Below, one piece after another: positions 26,475 to 35,539 of a stretch of 37,491 nucleotides of DNA. The position numbers were made by a program, and so were the translations under genes. Below the pieces are notes generated by a model. That model saw nothing but the letters and a program-made list of their open reading frames with translations. It searched no databases and was not told the DNA's origin. The DNA is from Gemmatimonadota bacterium (lineage in GTDB: Bacteria; Latescibacterota; UBA2968; UBA8231), in NCBI GenBank assembly GCA_038128265.1, contig JAYPJE010000014.1, positions 45,458 to 82,948 of the forward strand, written 5' to 3'. Positions within the stretch are counted from its first letter, which is position 1, and each line of letters begins with the position of its first letter.

Positions 26475-27497
26475 TTACGCCACGTCGCCCGGCGCCAGTA
26501 TCAGGCGCTGCGACAGGGTGAGCAGGCGCTCTTTGTCCGCCAGATCGGCGTCCAGCGGCAGTTGGGCTACGCCGATGAGGCGGCGCATGATTTCCACGCC
26601 GGCAAAGCGCAGCGCCACGTCGCGCGAAAACGAGACGGGCGCGTCATAGTGATCAAAGACGCCGAGCGCATACTGCGACGACCGGCCAGCCAGCAGCAGA
26701 TGAGCGATTAGAACCCCCACGTCGAATTCGCCCGGTCCAAAAAAGCAGAACTCTGGATCGATGATCCACACCCCGTCGGCCGACTGTACCCAGCTACCCG
26801 GATAAAAATCGCCGTGCAGCAGACAGTTCCCATCTGATAAGTAGCGCTGACCCAGCTCTGCCACAACCTCCGCGAGTTCGGCATGCTCAATTAGTAGATG
26901 CGCCCGTTGCGCCAAGCCCGGCGTGATCGCATCTAAGTCGAGCCCACTATCGGCCCGCAGCGGCAGACAAAATATGTGCTCGTGGTTGAGCTCGCGCATG
27001 GGGCGATTTTCTAGGCCGCTGCGCGTCTTTTCGTCAAACGGCGCCCCGTGCAGCGCCGACAGCCAGCGACACAGCGAGTGCAGCGGCGCTAAATCGCCGC
27101 CGCCATCTCGATACGCAAAGGTGAAATCCGCCGTCTCACCCAAATCCTCCAGTAGGACAACGCGGTTGCGCTCGTCGCAGTCGAGCAAGCGCGGCATACG
27201 GGCGGCAACCTCCGCTAGGGGTGCAACGGCTCGATAGAACATCGCCTCTGTCAGCACGCGCTCTTCGGGTGCGGCAATCGATGGATACTTTTCGACCCAG
27301 GGGCGCGACTGCTTGGCGATAAAAGAGCGACGATCGGTACGAACGCGCAGCGTGCAGTTCATATTGCCTTCACCTGCCCGCGTTACATCCTCTATCCGTT
27401 CTCCGCTATGCAGCCATCCGCGCTTCGACAAATAGCGCTCCATGCCTTCGCCGTCACCCACTGCTAGCAGCTCGTACGCGACCCTGTCATTCATCAT
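26475..27497 (-). CDS. 5-methylthioribose kinase (MtnK)-like phosphotransferase, APH/choline kinase fold
   Basis: GEGNMN, KQSRPW, HGDFYPGS, IDPEFCFFGPGEFDVG, FAGVEIMRRLIGVAQ correspond to MtnK motifs GDGNLN, KQALPY, HGDLHTGS, IDPEF, RRxxG. Confidence 0.78.
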   Translation of the reverse strand: MMNDRVAYELLAVGDGEGMERYLSKRGWLHSGERIEDVTRAGEGNMNCTLRVRTDRRSFIAKQSRPWVEKYPSIAAPEERVLTEAMFYRAVAPLAEVAARMPRLLDCDERNRVVLLEDLGETADFTFAYRDGGGDLAPLHSLCRWLSALHGAPFDEKTRSGLENRPMRELNHEHIFCLPLRADSGLDLDAITPGLAQRAHLLIEHAELAEVVAELGQRYLSDGNCLLHGDFYPGSWVQSADGVWIIDPEFCFFGPGEFDVGVLIAHLLLAGRSSQYALGVFDHYDAPVSFSRDVALRFAGVEIMRRLIGVAQLPLDADLADKERLLTLSQRLILAPGDVA

Positions 27498-27673
27498 ATG
27501 ATAAATCCATCCTCAAGCCCGTCTTCGCCGCTCGCCTTGCGCCCGTTGCGCGCATAGCTGGCGTGAAACAGGATGTTGAAAAAGAACTTTTGCGCCCTCC
27601 GCAACTTGGCGATAATTAAAGAAAAAAAACAGTCCATTCGCCAACCATACCACTCTGACGGAAGCCTATTTAC

Positions 27674-28717
27674 ATGCTCAGACAATGCGACCTCTTCACC
27701 AGCGGCCACGAGGCATATCACACCTTCCGCATTCCCTCTATCGTCGCCACCCGCGCCGGCAGCCTGTTGGCCTTTTGCGAGGGACGGCGCGGCGGTCGCG
27801 GCGACAGCGGCGACATCGATATTCTCCTGCGCCGCAGCGATGACGGGGGCAGCACTTGGTCCGCTATGCAAACGGTGTGGGCCGACCCTGGAAACACCTG
27901 CGGTAACCCGTGTGCCGTCGTCGACCGCGACAGCGGTGCTCTGTCGCTGCTGCTGACGCACAATCTGGGCACGGACGTAGAGCACCAAATTATCGAAGGC
28001 AGCAGCGAAGGCACGCGCACGGTCTGGCTAACGCGCAGCGAAGACGACGGGCATTCCTGGAGCACGCCACAGAATATTACCCACGCTACCAAGATGGACG
28101 ACTGGACTTGGTATGCGACCGGCCCGGGCGCTGGTATCCAGCTGCGCAGCGGACGCCTCGTTATTCCCTGCGATCACATAGAAGCCGAGAGTAAAAAATA
28201 TTTCTCCCACGTTATTATCAGCGACGACGGCGGCAAGAGCTGGCGCCTGGGCGGCACCACGCCGCAGGACCAGGTCAACGAGTGCGAGGTGGCCGAATTG
28301 GACGACGGCCGGCTGTTGCTCAATATGCGCAACTACGACCGCAACCAGCGCACGCGCGCTGTAGCAACCAGCGACGACGGCGGAGAGAGTTGGTCGACGC
28401 TGACCCGTCAGAGCGAATTGATTGAGCCCATCTGCCAGGCCAGTCTGCGCCGCCTAGAGGCACCCAATGCGAAACTGCTGCTCTTTTCCAATCCGGCCAG
28501 CGAAGAGAGGCGCGAAAACATGACCGTGCGCCTGAGCCGCGACGACGGCCGTACCTGGCCCGTAGCGCGCTCCCTGCACGCCGGACCGGCCGCCTATTCG
28601 TGCCTGCTAGCCATGCCCGACGGCAGCGCCGCATGTCTGTATGAATGCGGTCAGGAGCATCCATACGAAGTGATTCGCTTTGCCCATTTTGACCCATCGT
28701 GGCTCCTGGGCACCTGA
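27674..28717 (+). CDS. Sialidase-family (GH33/BNR) glycoside hydrolase, no signal peptide
   Basis: FRIP motif; five Asp boxes (SDDGGSTW, SEDDGHSW, SDDGGKSW, SDDGGESW, SRDDGRTW); NECE, MRN, AYS. Confidence 0.9.
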   Translation: MLRQCDLFTSGHEAYHTFRIPSIVATRAGSLLAFCEGRRGGRGDSGDIDILLRRSDDGGSTWSAMQTVWADPGNTCGNPCAVVDRDSGALSLLLTHNLGTDVEHQIIEGSSEGTRTVWLTRSEDDGHSWSTPQNITHATKMDDWTWYATGPGAGIQLRSGRLVIPCDHIEAESKKYFSHVIISDDGGKSWRLGGTTPQDQVNECEVAELDDGRLLLNMRNYDRNQRTRAVATSDDGGESWSTLTRQSELIEPICQASLRRLEAPNAKLLLFSNPASEERRENMTVRLSRDDGRTWPVARSLHAGPAAYSCLLAMPDGSAACLYECGQEHPYEVIRFAHFDPSWLLGT

Positions 28718-28755
28718 CCAGCGCCCGTTGCCCGCTAGAGAATGTGAGCCGACGC

Positions 28756-29886
28756 ATGAACATAACCGATATGCGCGTATTTGCCGTTGCGCAGTTTGTC
28801 TACGTTAAAATCGAAACCGACGAAGGCCTATACGGGCTGGGCGAAGCCTCTCTCAGCGGGCGCAGCATGGCCGTCGTCGAGGCGCTCCACGCGATCAAAC
28901 CCCTGCTTATCGGCCGCGACGCCACGCGCATCGAATTTATTTGGCAGGACATTTTCCGCGGCACGTTCTGGCGCGGCGGCCCCGTCTTGCAGTCGGCACT
29001 GGCTGGCATAGACATCGCCTTATGGGACCTAGCCGGCAAGGCTCTGGGCGTGCCAACCTATCGCCTATTGGGTGGCGCGGCCCGCGACAAGGTGCTGGTA
29101 TATCGCCACGTGCGCTGCAGCGATATACCCGGCATGATCGAACACGCCCGCTCCCTGCTCGAAGAGGGCTACAAGGTCCTGCGCATGTCGCCGCTGGACG
29201 CCTTTGCGCCTGACCACGTATTCGACGCCGTGCGCGGCCTGCGCGAAGCAGTAGACTATATGGCGGCACTGCGCGAAGCGGTGGGCCCGGACGCACAGAT
29301 TATCTTTGAAGCCCATACGCGCCTCAATCCGCCGCAGGCCGTTGAACTGTGCAACAATCTGGCCCCTCATCGCCCCTTTTACGTTGAAGACCCCATACGC
29401 TCGGAAAATCCCGCTTCGTTTGCCCACCTGCGCGCCCACACGGACGTGGCCCTTGGCACGGGCGAACAGCTGCACGACAAATGGACGTTTCGCGAGCTTA
29501 TTGAGCGGGAATTAGTCGACTACCTGCGCGTGGATATTTGCCACACAGGAGGTATTACAGAAGGCAAGAAAATCGCTGCCATGGGCGAAGTGCACTACCA
29601 GGAGATGGCGTGCCACTACACGGCCAGCCCGGTCAGCACGGCCGCCATGCTGCACCTAAATCTCTCCATAGCCAACTGCGCCGTGCAAGAGTTTGCGCCC
29701 AGCGGCGGCTGGATGGACGACGTCATCCAGACCAGCTATGTCCTCGAAGACGGCTACCTACTCGCACCCGGAACGCCGGGCCTCGGCATCGATATCGACG
29801 AAGAGGCAGCGGCGGCGCATCCACCCGCCCTGCCGGACGAACCACCGCATTGGCGTCGTCCAGACGGTTCAGTCAACGATTGGTAA
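28756..29886 (+). CDS. Mandelate racemase/enolase-superfamily acid-sugar dehydratase (DgoD/ManD-like)
   Basis: FWRGGPVLQSALAGIDIALWDL.GK.LGVP; metal-ligand strands FEAH, VEDP, TGEQ; PGLGIDID; RPDGSVNDW terminus. Confidence 0.9.
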   Translation: MNITDMRVFAVAQFVYVKIETDEGLYGLGEASLSGRSMAVVEALHAIKPLLIGRDATRIEFIWQDIFRGTFWRGGPVLQSALAGIDIALWDLAGKALGVPTYRLLGGAARDKVLVYRHVRCSDIPGMIEHARSLLEEGYKVLRMSPLDAFAPDHVFDAVRGLREAVDYMAALREAVGPDAQIIFEAHTRLNPPQAVELCNNLAPHRPFYVEDPIRSENPASFAHLRAHTDVALGTGEQLHDKWTFRELIERELVDYLRVDICHTGGITEGKKIAAMGEVHYQEMACHYTASPVSTAAMLHLNLSIANCAVQEFAPSGGWMDDVIQTSYVLEDGYLLAPGTPGLGIDIDEEAAAAHPPALPDEPPHWRRPDGSVNDW

Positions 29887-29903
29887 ACAAGGACAACAGG
29901 CAC

Positions 29904-29943
29904 AAAAAAATGCCCCCGCCGTTTCCGGCGAAGGGCGTTTTTT
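29904..29943. terminator. Bidirectional intrinsic terminator
   Basis: AAAAAAATGCCC-CCGCCG-TTTC-CGGCG-AAGGGCGTTTTTT between convergent genes. Confidence 0.8.
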
Positions 29944-29959
29944 ATTGGGGGCAGAAAAA

Positions 29960-32593
29960 CTAGTCTTGCAGACCGGCGAAAGCGCGCACGAAAATAAGCG
30001 AGCGGCTTTCGCTGTCCTCTTCAAAGCTGCGATGCTCCCAGCGGAAACCGGCGTTCATCGTCAGCGCGTAGCCCAAATACGATGACTGGTTGGAAAGCTG
30101 CATGGCCAGCACCGTGGCGTTGAAATCGTTCTTAAAACCGGCCGGCACCACCTCGGGCACGTCTTCCATATTTCTGAACAGATCAAACTCAACCCCATAC
30201 TCGACATAGGTCGTGGGCATAATGAAATACTTAGACGTCAGCATAAAGAAGTGCGACCACTCTGTAGTAGCCAGGTCCGTATCGTAGGTCGGATTGATCT
30301 TGCGAAAGATGCTCTTCCAGCGCGGCCAAAGCTGCATATTCTCAGACAGGACGATCGGATAGTCAGCCCGATTGATCATGCCGAGAAACAGGCGATCATC
30401 TCTAAGGTCGGCCGCATCGCCGCGCTGCTTGACGAAGTCGTACTTGACCTTGTTATAGATATTTAACTTGCCAAAGCGCTTGTAATCAAAAGTTAGATAT
30501 CCCGTATTAATGAGCGCATCGGTGGCTTCGAGCGGATCGACGACTTCGCGGAACCCATCAGGGTCGGTCCAAAACAACACCGTGTCTTCGATATTGTCTT
30601 CAACCGAACGCACGTACTCGTAGGCGCGCACTTCAATGCCGGGCCAGTTCCAGCGGCCCTGCACGATGGCGTAGATCTGGTCGGAGTTGCGCTTGCTGCT
30701 GATTTCGTCGGTTGAAGCCAACCCCATAATCAGCTTCACATTGCCGTCGATGTGCACGCCACCGTAGGTATTCCAACCGCGGCGATCTTGACGATAGGGC
30801 AGATCGGCCAAATTGTCGTTTTCAAAGCGATCGACGATGCCGTTGTTGTTCATATCAACGCCAAAGAGAAATTCCGGCGCGTCGACGCCGTAGCGCACAA
30901 AGGGCTCGTCGTAGTCGGGCCGCGGGTTGTCGTTCTTGTTGAAGTCGGAAATAAAGTCGGAGTTTTCGTCGTAGCCGGGAAAAACCTGCGGATCGGGCAG
31001 ACCGCCCGTGCCAAACGGCGTCGTGCCGAAGACAAAGTCACCGCCCTGCCACAGGCGCTGCCAGTCGGGGAAGCGGTCCTGGTCGTCGTTATCATCAACC
31101 GCCTCAAAGGTGTAGCGCTCCAAATTTTCGTAGTCGATAAAACCGCGCGTATCGCTCATAAAAGAGCGCGTCGAATATTCGGGATCAACGCGATACACCT
31201 CGCCATAGGCAAAATACGGATAGGCGTCCTGAGATGCGGTCAGGTAGTAGGCGACGCCCTCTTCCTGTGCCGCCTTGTGTTTCTGGAAATTCTGGTTGGG
31301 AAAGCGGCGGAAAGCGCGGCTGAGCGCCCACTCCGAGCGCAGGTTAAAGCCGTTGGCATCTTCGATATTGAAGTTGAAGCCAATGATATCGCGCCCCGTC
31401 GGCAGCCCGTAATCAAAGCGCACAAAGCGCAGGTTGGATCCGTCGCTGACGTTGCCGTGCGCGCGTTCAACGAGCAGAAATACGGGCTCGTCTTGTCCGT
31501 TAACCTGCAGGTTGGAAGTAGCCTCAATGCGGTAGTCGTTGGCCACGGCCAGTTCGAATTGAACTTCGCGCACTTCCTGAAAGCTTTCGATCTGGTCATT
31601 CTCGCTCAGTTCGAAGTCGGTCAGGATGTTGTATGTGAGTTCGATCGCCTCAACGCCGTTGGCCTCGATGACGCCCCCGCGGCGCACGCCGCCGCGCAGC
31701 ACCGGCACGATCTCCGGATGCTCAACGCCGTTGATCAGGATGCGTTCGGAAAACAGGCGCGTGCCGCCAACGCCGTCTTCCGGGCTATCGTCGCTCAGGC
31801 GCAAGACCACTGTTTCAACCTGACCTTCGTTCTGCGCTCCGGTCAGCACGCCCTTGAGCGAGTTGCGACTCAGCTTGCGCGTGCTAGAGAAGTTGGCCAC
31901 GTTGAGATAGGTAAAGCCGAGTCGCGAAAAGTCGTTGAGGCGCACGTTGGCGTGGCCACCAAATAGGTTGGTCACATCGCCGAGCGCCTGACCACCGGCA
32001 TTTTCGCCCATGACCACGGTGCCGGGCGAAGCCAGCCGCGACGAGAGAATCGTTCCCTCAAAGCGCTCCGACGCAAAATCCCACTGAATGCCGTTAAAGG
32101 CCGGCTTGTTAAAGGTCAGCGGCGTCAAACGCGTGTTGATGGCATCGCCAATCATCAGCGCCGAGTAAAAGCCCCCCTTCGACATCGAAGAAACGACCAA
32201 GTTGCGAAACCAGGAGCCGTACTTGGGTGCCTTGCGCACCGTCGTCCCCGAGTTGGCCGGACTGTCGATCGCCCAATTGTAGATCGAGAAGCCGCGCGTC
32301 ACGTAGTTCCCGTACATGTCGTAGGTGCGGAAACCCTCCAGCTCGGTGGATACGTAGCGCTCATAGTTGTTCATCGCATAGTTCGTATACCCGTCACCGG
32401 TCCAGCGATAGAAGTGGTAAAAGCTCTGAGACTGTTCCCACTTGCGCATAGAGGGGGTCATCGCCATCTCATACACTTCTACACCCTGAGGCTCACGCCC
32501 GCTCAAGAAGCTGACCTTCTGCGCATCGACACACACTGCCGTCAACGAAGCTACGGCCAAGGCGCACAATGCTAAATTTCTCATATTCGGCAT
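29960..32593 (-). CDS. Large secreted hypothetical protein, possible outer-membrane protein with Asp-rich Ca-binding-like loops
   Basis: 877-aa ORF; signal peptide; DDNDDQDRFPD, DENSDFISD, DMNNNGIVD motifs; amphipathic beta-strand-like C-terminus; own promoter and terminator. Confidence 0.75.
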   Translation of the reverse strand: MPNMRNLALCALAVASLTAVCVDAQKVSFLSGREPQGVEVYEMAMTPSMRKWEQSQSFYHFYRWTGDGYTNYAMNNYERYVSTELEGFRTYDMYGNYVTRGFSIYNWAIDSPANSGTTVRKAPKYGSWFRNLVVSSMSKGGFYSALMIGDAINTRLTPLTFNKPAFNGIQWDFASERFEGTILSSRLASPGTVVMGENAGGQALGDVTNLFGGHANVRLNDFSRLGFTYLNVANFSSTRKLSRNSLKGVLTGAQNEGQVETVVLRLSDDSPEDGVGGTRLFSERILINGVEHPEIVPVLRGGVRRGGVIEANGVEAIELTYNILTDFELSENDQIESFQEVREVQFELAVANDYRIEATSNLQVNGQDEPVFLLVERAHGNVSDGSNLRFVRFDYGLPTGRDIIGFNFNIEDANGFNLRSEWALSRAFRRFPNQNFQKHKAAQEEGVAYYLTASQDAYPYFAYGEVYRVDPEYSTRSFMSDTRGFIDYENLERYTFEAVDDNDDQDRFPDWQRLWQGGDFVFGTTPFGTGGLPDPQVFPGYDENSDFISDFNKNDNPRPDYDEPFVRYGVDAPEFLFGVDMNNNGIVDRFENDNLADLPYRQDRRGWNTYGGVHIDGNVKLIMGLASTDEISSKRNSDQIYAIVQGRWNWPGIEVRAYEYVRSVEDNIEDTVLFWTDPDGFREVVDPLEATDALINTGYLTFDYKRFGKLNIYNKVKYDFVKQRGDAADLRDDRLFLGMINRADYPIVLSENMQLWPRWKSIFRKINPTYDTDLATTEWSHFFMLTSKYFIMPTTYVEYGVEFDLFRNMEDVPEVVPAGFKNDFNATVLAMQLSNQSSYLGYALTMNAGFRWEHRSFEEDSESRSLIFVRAFAGLQD

Positions 32594-32637
32594 AGGTACC
32601 TAGAGCAAAGAGGCTTTCTCAAAAAAAGTGGTCAAAC

Positions 32638-32666
32638 AGTATAAGAAACCCAATCAAATACAACAA
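32638..32666 (-). promoter_or_regulatory. Putative promoter of the 877-aa gene
   Basis: Minus strand TTGTTG-N17-TATACT in an AT-rich gap. Confidence 0.55.
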
Positions 32667-32698
32667 GTCCTAAATAATATAGTATGGTGTCTCAATCT

Positions 32699-33388
32699 TC
32701 AGAAGTGAGATGTTTCCCACGCTACGGGCGCGAGGAGTCCCTCGCGCTGCACCACGACGAGCAAATCGCCGCGCCCCACTCGTATTTCGACTGGGTTGGC
32801 TACCACTTCGTTGGAAATGCCGTCGCGCACGCCCAGTTCCAGCGCTTCGCCGTGCAGGGCAAAGCGCAGCCCACGCGTCTCGATTCCCTCAACGGGCCCG
32901 CCGAGCGGCGTGAGGGAAATCTTCTGGCCCACCGCGGCGCGCAGGCGCAGGACATCTGAGACTAGGCGCATCTCACAATAATCATCGATCACGCGCAGGG
33001 CGATCGACGCTGAAAACGCCTTGAGCATGCTCAAATTCCACAGCCAATGATCGCTCCGCCCGCCCGTAAACCCCACTAGCGTTGCCGCCTCAACGCCCAG
33101 CTCGACCGCATAGCGCAGCACCTTCTGCACGTCCGAGCCCGTATTGTCGGCGTCTACTTGCACCAAGCGTTCAGAGGCAATCTGCGCACGCACGGCCGGC
33201 GCAATGGAATCGAGGTCGCCGACCACCGCGTGCGGCACGACTCCGCACTGCCAAACCCAATTGGCTCCCCCGTCGGCGCACAGCACGAGCGGCTGACCCT
33301 CCATGAGCTCGTCCCACAGAGCCGGCGACGGTTTCTCGCCGTTGCCGACGATGAGCGCGTGCGCGCACGATACCTTTTCACTGGCCAT
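32699..33388 (-). CDS. thiN: Thiamine diphosphokinase (alternative GTG start 33397)
   Basis: IVGNG, CADGGAN, VVGDLDSI, SDVQKVL, GFTGGRSDH..N, ETRGLRFAL, GISN. Confidence 0.92.
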   Translation of the reverse strand: MASEKVSCAHALIVGNGEKPSPALWDELMEGQPLVLCADGGANWVWQCGVVPHAVVGDLDSIAPAVRAQIASERLVQVDADNTGSDVQKVLRYAVELGVEAATLVGFTGGRSDHWLWNLSMLKAFSASIALRVIDDYCEMRLVSDVLRLRAAVGQKISLTPLGGPVEGIETRGLRFALHGEALELGVRDGISNEVVANPVEIRVGRGDLLVVVQREGLLAPVAWETSHF

Positions 33389-33409
33389 CCTTTTCACTCG
33401 CCATACTGT

Positions 33410-33438
33410 TTAGCGATGCAAAACCTTTTGTATATATT
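33410..33438 (+). promoter_or_regulatory. Putative promoter of the SWGxIK-tail gene
   Basis: TTAGCG-N17-TATATT about 40 nt upstream of ATG 33477. Confidence 0.45.
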
Positions 33439-33476
33439 CTTCCTCGCAGCCCCCGCGCCCTTCACAGGAAGCACGT

Positions 33477-34076
33477 ATGACGCGCCTATTTGCCCTGCTC
33501 GCTGTCGCGCTGGTCCCATGGCCGCTCAGCGCACAGGATCCGGGGTTCTCTCCCGATGAACCAGCAGCCCTACCGACACAGCTGGCGGGCCGCTGGATCA
33601 ATGCATTCTACTTCGCACGGCCCGACGAACCGCCGCGCCCGTTCTGGCAGATCGTCGAATTCGATGCCAGCGGCCAGGCGCAGCACAGCTATTTTTCGCG
33701 CGATCCCGTCGCCGAGCCATCCACGCCCTATACGAGCATTATATCGACCTGGCAAGCCGGGCTCTTTGTCGATCCCGAGGCGGCCAAAGGCATTTTTCCC
33801 GTTATCCGCCTGCAGCCCAGCGAACAGATAAACTACGACGCACTGCGCGACCGCTTTCAACACATACGCGGCAATTTCGGACCGCAGTTTCGCCGCTATA
33901 CCCTATCGTCCGACGGGGCACAGCTGACGCTTTCCGAACTCGTCGTGCTCGAGGTACCGGGCGATATCGTCATCTCTTTTCCCTCGGCAGCGCGCGACAT
34001 GATTTTCAGCCGTCTCGTCGACCGGCCCAGCGCGGTGGAATGGACCAGCTGGGGCCAGATAAAGCGCGGTCACTAA
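33477..34076 (+). CDS. Secreted hypothetical protein with C-terminal SAVEWTSWGQIK motif
   Basis: Signal peptide MTRLFALLAVALVPWPLSA; LAGRW lipocalin-like start; AGGA RBS. Confidence 0.7.
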   Translation: MTRLFALLAVALVPWPLSAQDPGFSPDEPAALPTQLAGRWINAFYFARPDEPPRPFWQIVEFDASGQAQHSYFSRDPVAEPSTPYTSIISTWQAGLFVDPEAAKGIFPVIRLQPSEQINYDALRDRFQHIRGNFGPQFRRYTLSSDGAQLTLSELVVLEVPGDIVISFPSAARDMIFSRLVDRPSAVEWTSWGQIKRGH

Positions 34077-34085
34077 ACGGCACCG

Positions 34086-34373
34086 CTATACGGACTGCGC
34101 GGCTAGCTGACGCCGCACGGCCTCATCGCCGGGCGCGCGCACGCGAATAAACAGCTCCTGTATCCCCTTGGAGGTCTGCAGCACCCCGCGAAAGCCGCCG
34201 GGCATTTCTCCCTGCAGCTTAAAGTCGCCGACGGCACGCCTGCGGCCAATGGACTTACCGCCAATAGAACGGCTGATAATCACCGCCTCGACGCCGGGAA
34301 TGCGCTCTATCGCGTCGATCGTGCGCCGCCCCTCCTTATCGGTCGAGCGATGCCTGCCGCGCCCTTTTCCCAT
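34086..34373 (-). CDS. Small basic hypothetical protein, DUF2103-like
   Basis: GRHRST...IERIPGVEAVII...LQTSKGIQELF resembles DUF2103; GAGG RBS. Confidence 0.5.
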   Translation of the reverse strand: MGKGRGRHRSTDKEGRRTIDAIERIPGVEAVIISRSIGGKSIGRRRAVGDFKLQGEMPGGFRGVLQTSKGIQELFIRVRAPGDEAVRRQLAAQSV

Positions 34374-34416
34374 CCTTGCCTCGCCTAGTAAAAGCCACTC
34401 GCCGCACGGTTCCGGG

Positions 34417-35025
34417 CTAAAGCGCGCTGAAGTTCTCCGGACCGATCGCGCTCGGCGTCAGGTGCACCTCGGCAATAGCCCCCTTAAACCAGCAGACCCG
34501 ATTCTGGCGGACGCCGATGGACAGTTCGCCGGCACCCATTGGGGTCAAGTCGACCGGACCGCGCTGCTCCAATTGACCGTCGACGTAATTTATCTGCTCG
34601 TTTCCATCGCAGCTCATCGCCAGATGATACCAGCGACCCAGTGGGTGTAAGAATCCTTCATTAAGCAGCGTGCAGTGCGAATCGCCGGAACTTATAAACG
34701 TATCTAAGTACCATTCTCCACTCCTATTTAAACGCGTTTCAAACAGGGCGCGATCGCCGCTGATGCTGCCCGCGTGAAAAAAGCGCTGCTCGGCTAATCC
34801 CCCCGGATCGGGGCGAAAAATGAGTTCAAGCGTGAACGCTTGCAGGCCCTCCAGCGGATTGACCGGGGCGAAGAGCCCATCGGATGCGCCCGCAAATTCT
34901 ACCGCCCGCCCGCGCGGCGCCTCCACAACCCGTGGCTGTCCTTCAGCCCGCAGCGCGATATCGCCTAAACGCTCGACGGAATCTAGTGGCCAACTTGTTT
35001 TTTGCACCGCATGCTCCTTTGCCAT
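34417..35025 (-). CDS. LamG/concanavalin A-like domain protein
   Basis: GRAVEFAG, FTLELIFRP, GRWYHLA, NYVDGQL, WFKGAIAEV; no signal peptide; start could be 35037. Confidence 0.8.
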   Translation of the reverse strand: MAKEHAVQKTSWPLDSVERLGDIALRAEGQPRVVEAPRGRAVEFAGASDGLFAPVNPLEGLQAFTLELIFRPDPGGLAEQRFFHAGSISGDRALFETRLNRSGEWYLDTFISSGDSHCTLLNEGFLHPLGRWYHLAMSCDGNEQINYVDGQLEQRGPVDLTPMGAGELSIGVRQNRVCWFKGAIAEVHLTPSAIGPENFSAL

Positions 35026-35049
35026 GATCTCGCGCACAGCGCGCCCTAC

Positions 35050-35451
35050 TTAACGACCGCCCGGCGGCGGTCCGTCGCCCAACATCGCGCTAATAAAGAG
35101 GAATTTAAGCGGCTTGTCGCCGATGTTGCGATGCTTGTGAAAGACATCGCGCGGCAACAGTACGCAGTCGCCCGGGCCCAATTGATAGGTCTCATCGCCG
35201 ACCTCTACTTCCATCGCGCCCTCCAAGATGTAGAATGCCTGTTCCTGATCGGGATGCGAGTGGCCATCGCCCGACAGGCCGCCCGGCTCGTACTCGTTGG
35301 TATGAATGACCAGGCGCTCGCTGTCGAGGGCGGCGGGGCGATCGTCGCGGCGCGCATGGGGGCCGACAATCACCCGCGAAATGCTGCCGGGATGTCCGTG
35401 GTTTTCCGGCGGCTGTGCAAAGCACTCTTTTACGCTGTATTTTTCCGTCAT
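35050..35451 (-). CDS. Cupin-domain protein
   Basis: Cupin motifs GHSHPDQEQAFYILEG and PGDCVLLPRDVFH. Confidence 0.88.
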   Translation of the reverse strand: MTEKYSVKECFAQPPENHGHPGSISRVIVGPHARRDDRPAALDSERLVIHTNEYEPGGLSGDGHSHPDQEQAFYILEGAMEVEVGDETYQLGPGDCVLLPRDVFHKHRNIGDKPLKFLFISAMLGDGPPPGGR

Positions 35452-35539
35452 CGCTGTCCATCTCCTCGTTATCGTTTTCCTCAGGCGGCGCGGCGTGCCG
35501 CACCGCCCCGATTCGCTGCTGCGCGCCGGGCCATCGCGC

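Noticed and set aside
30752..31966. 404-aa plus-strand ORF
   Set aside because: Antisense shadow of the 877-aa gene; long stop-free antisense frames are expected at high GC; no recognisable motif.
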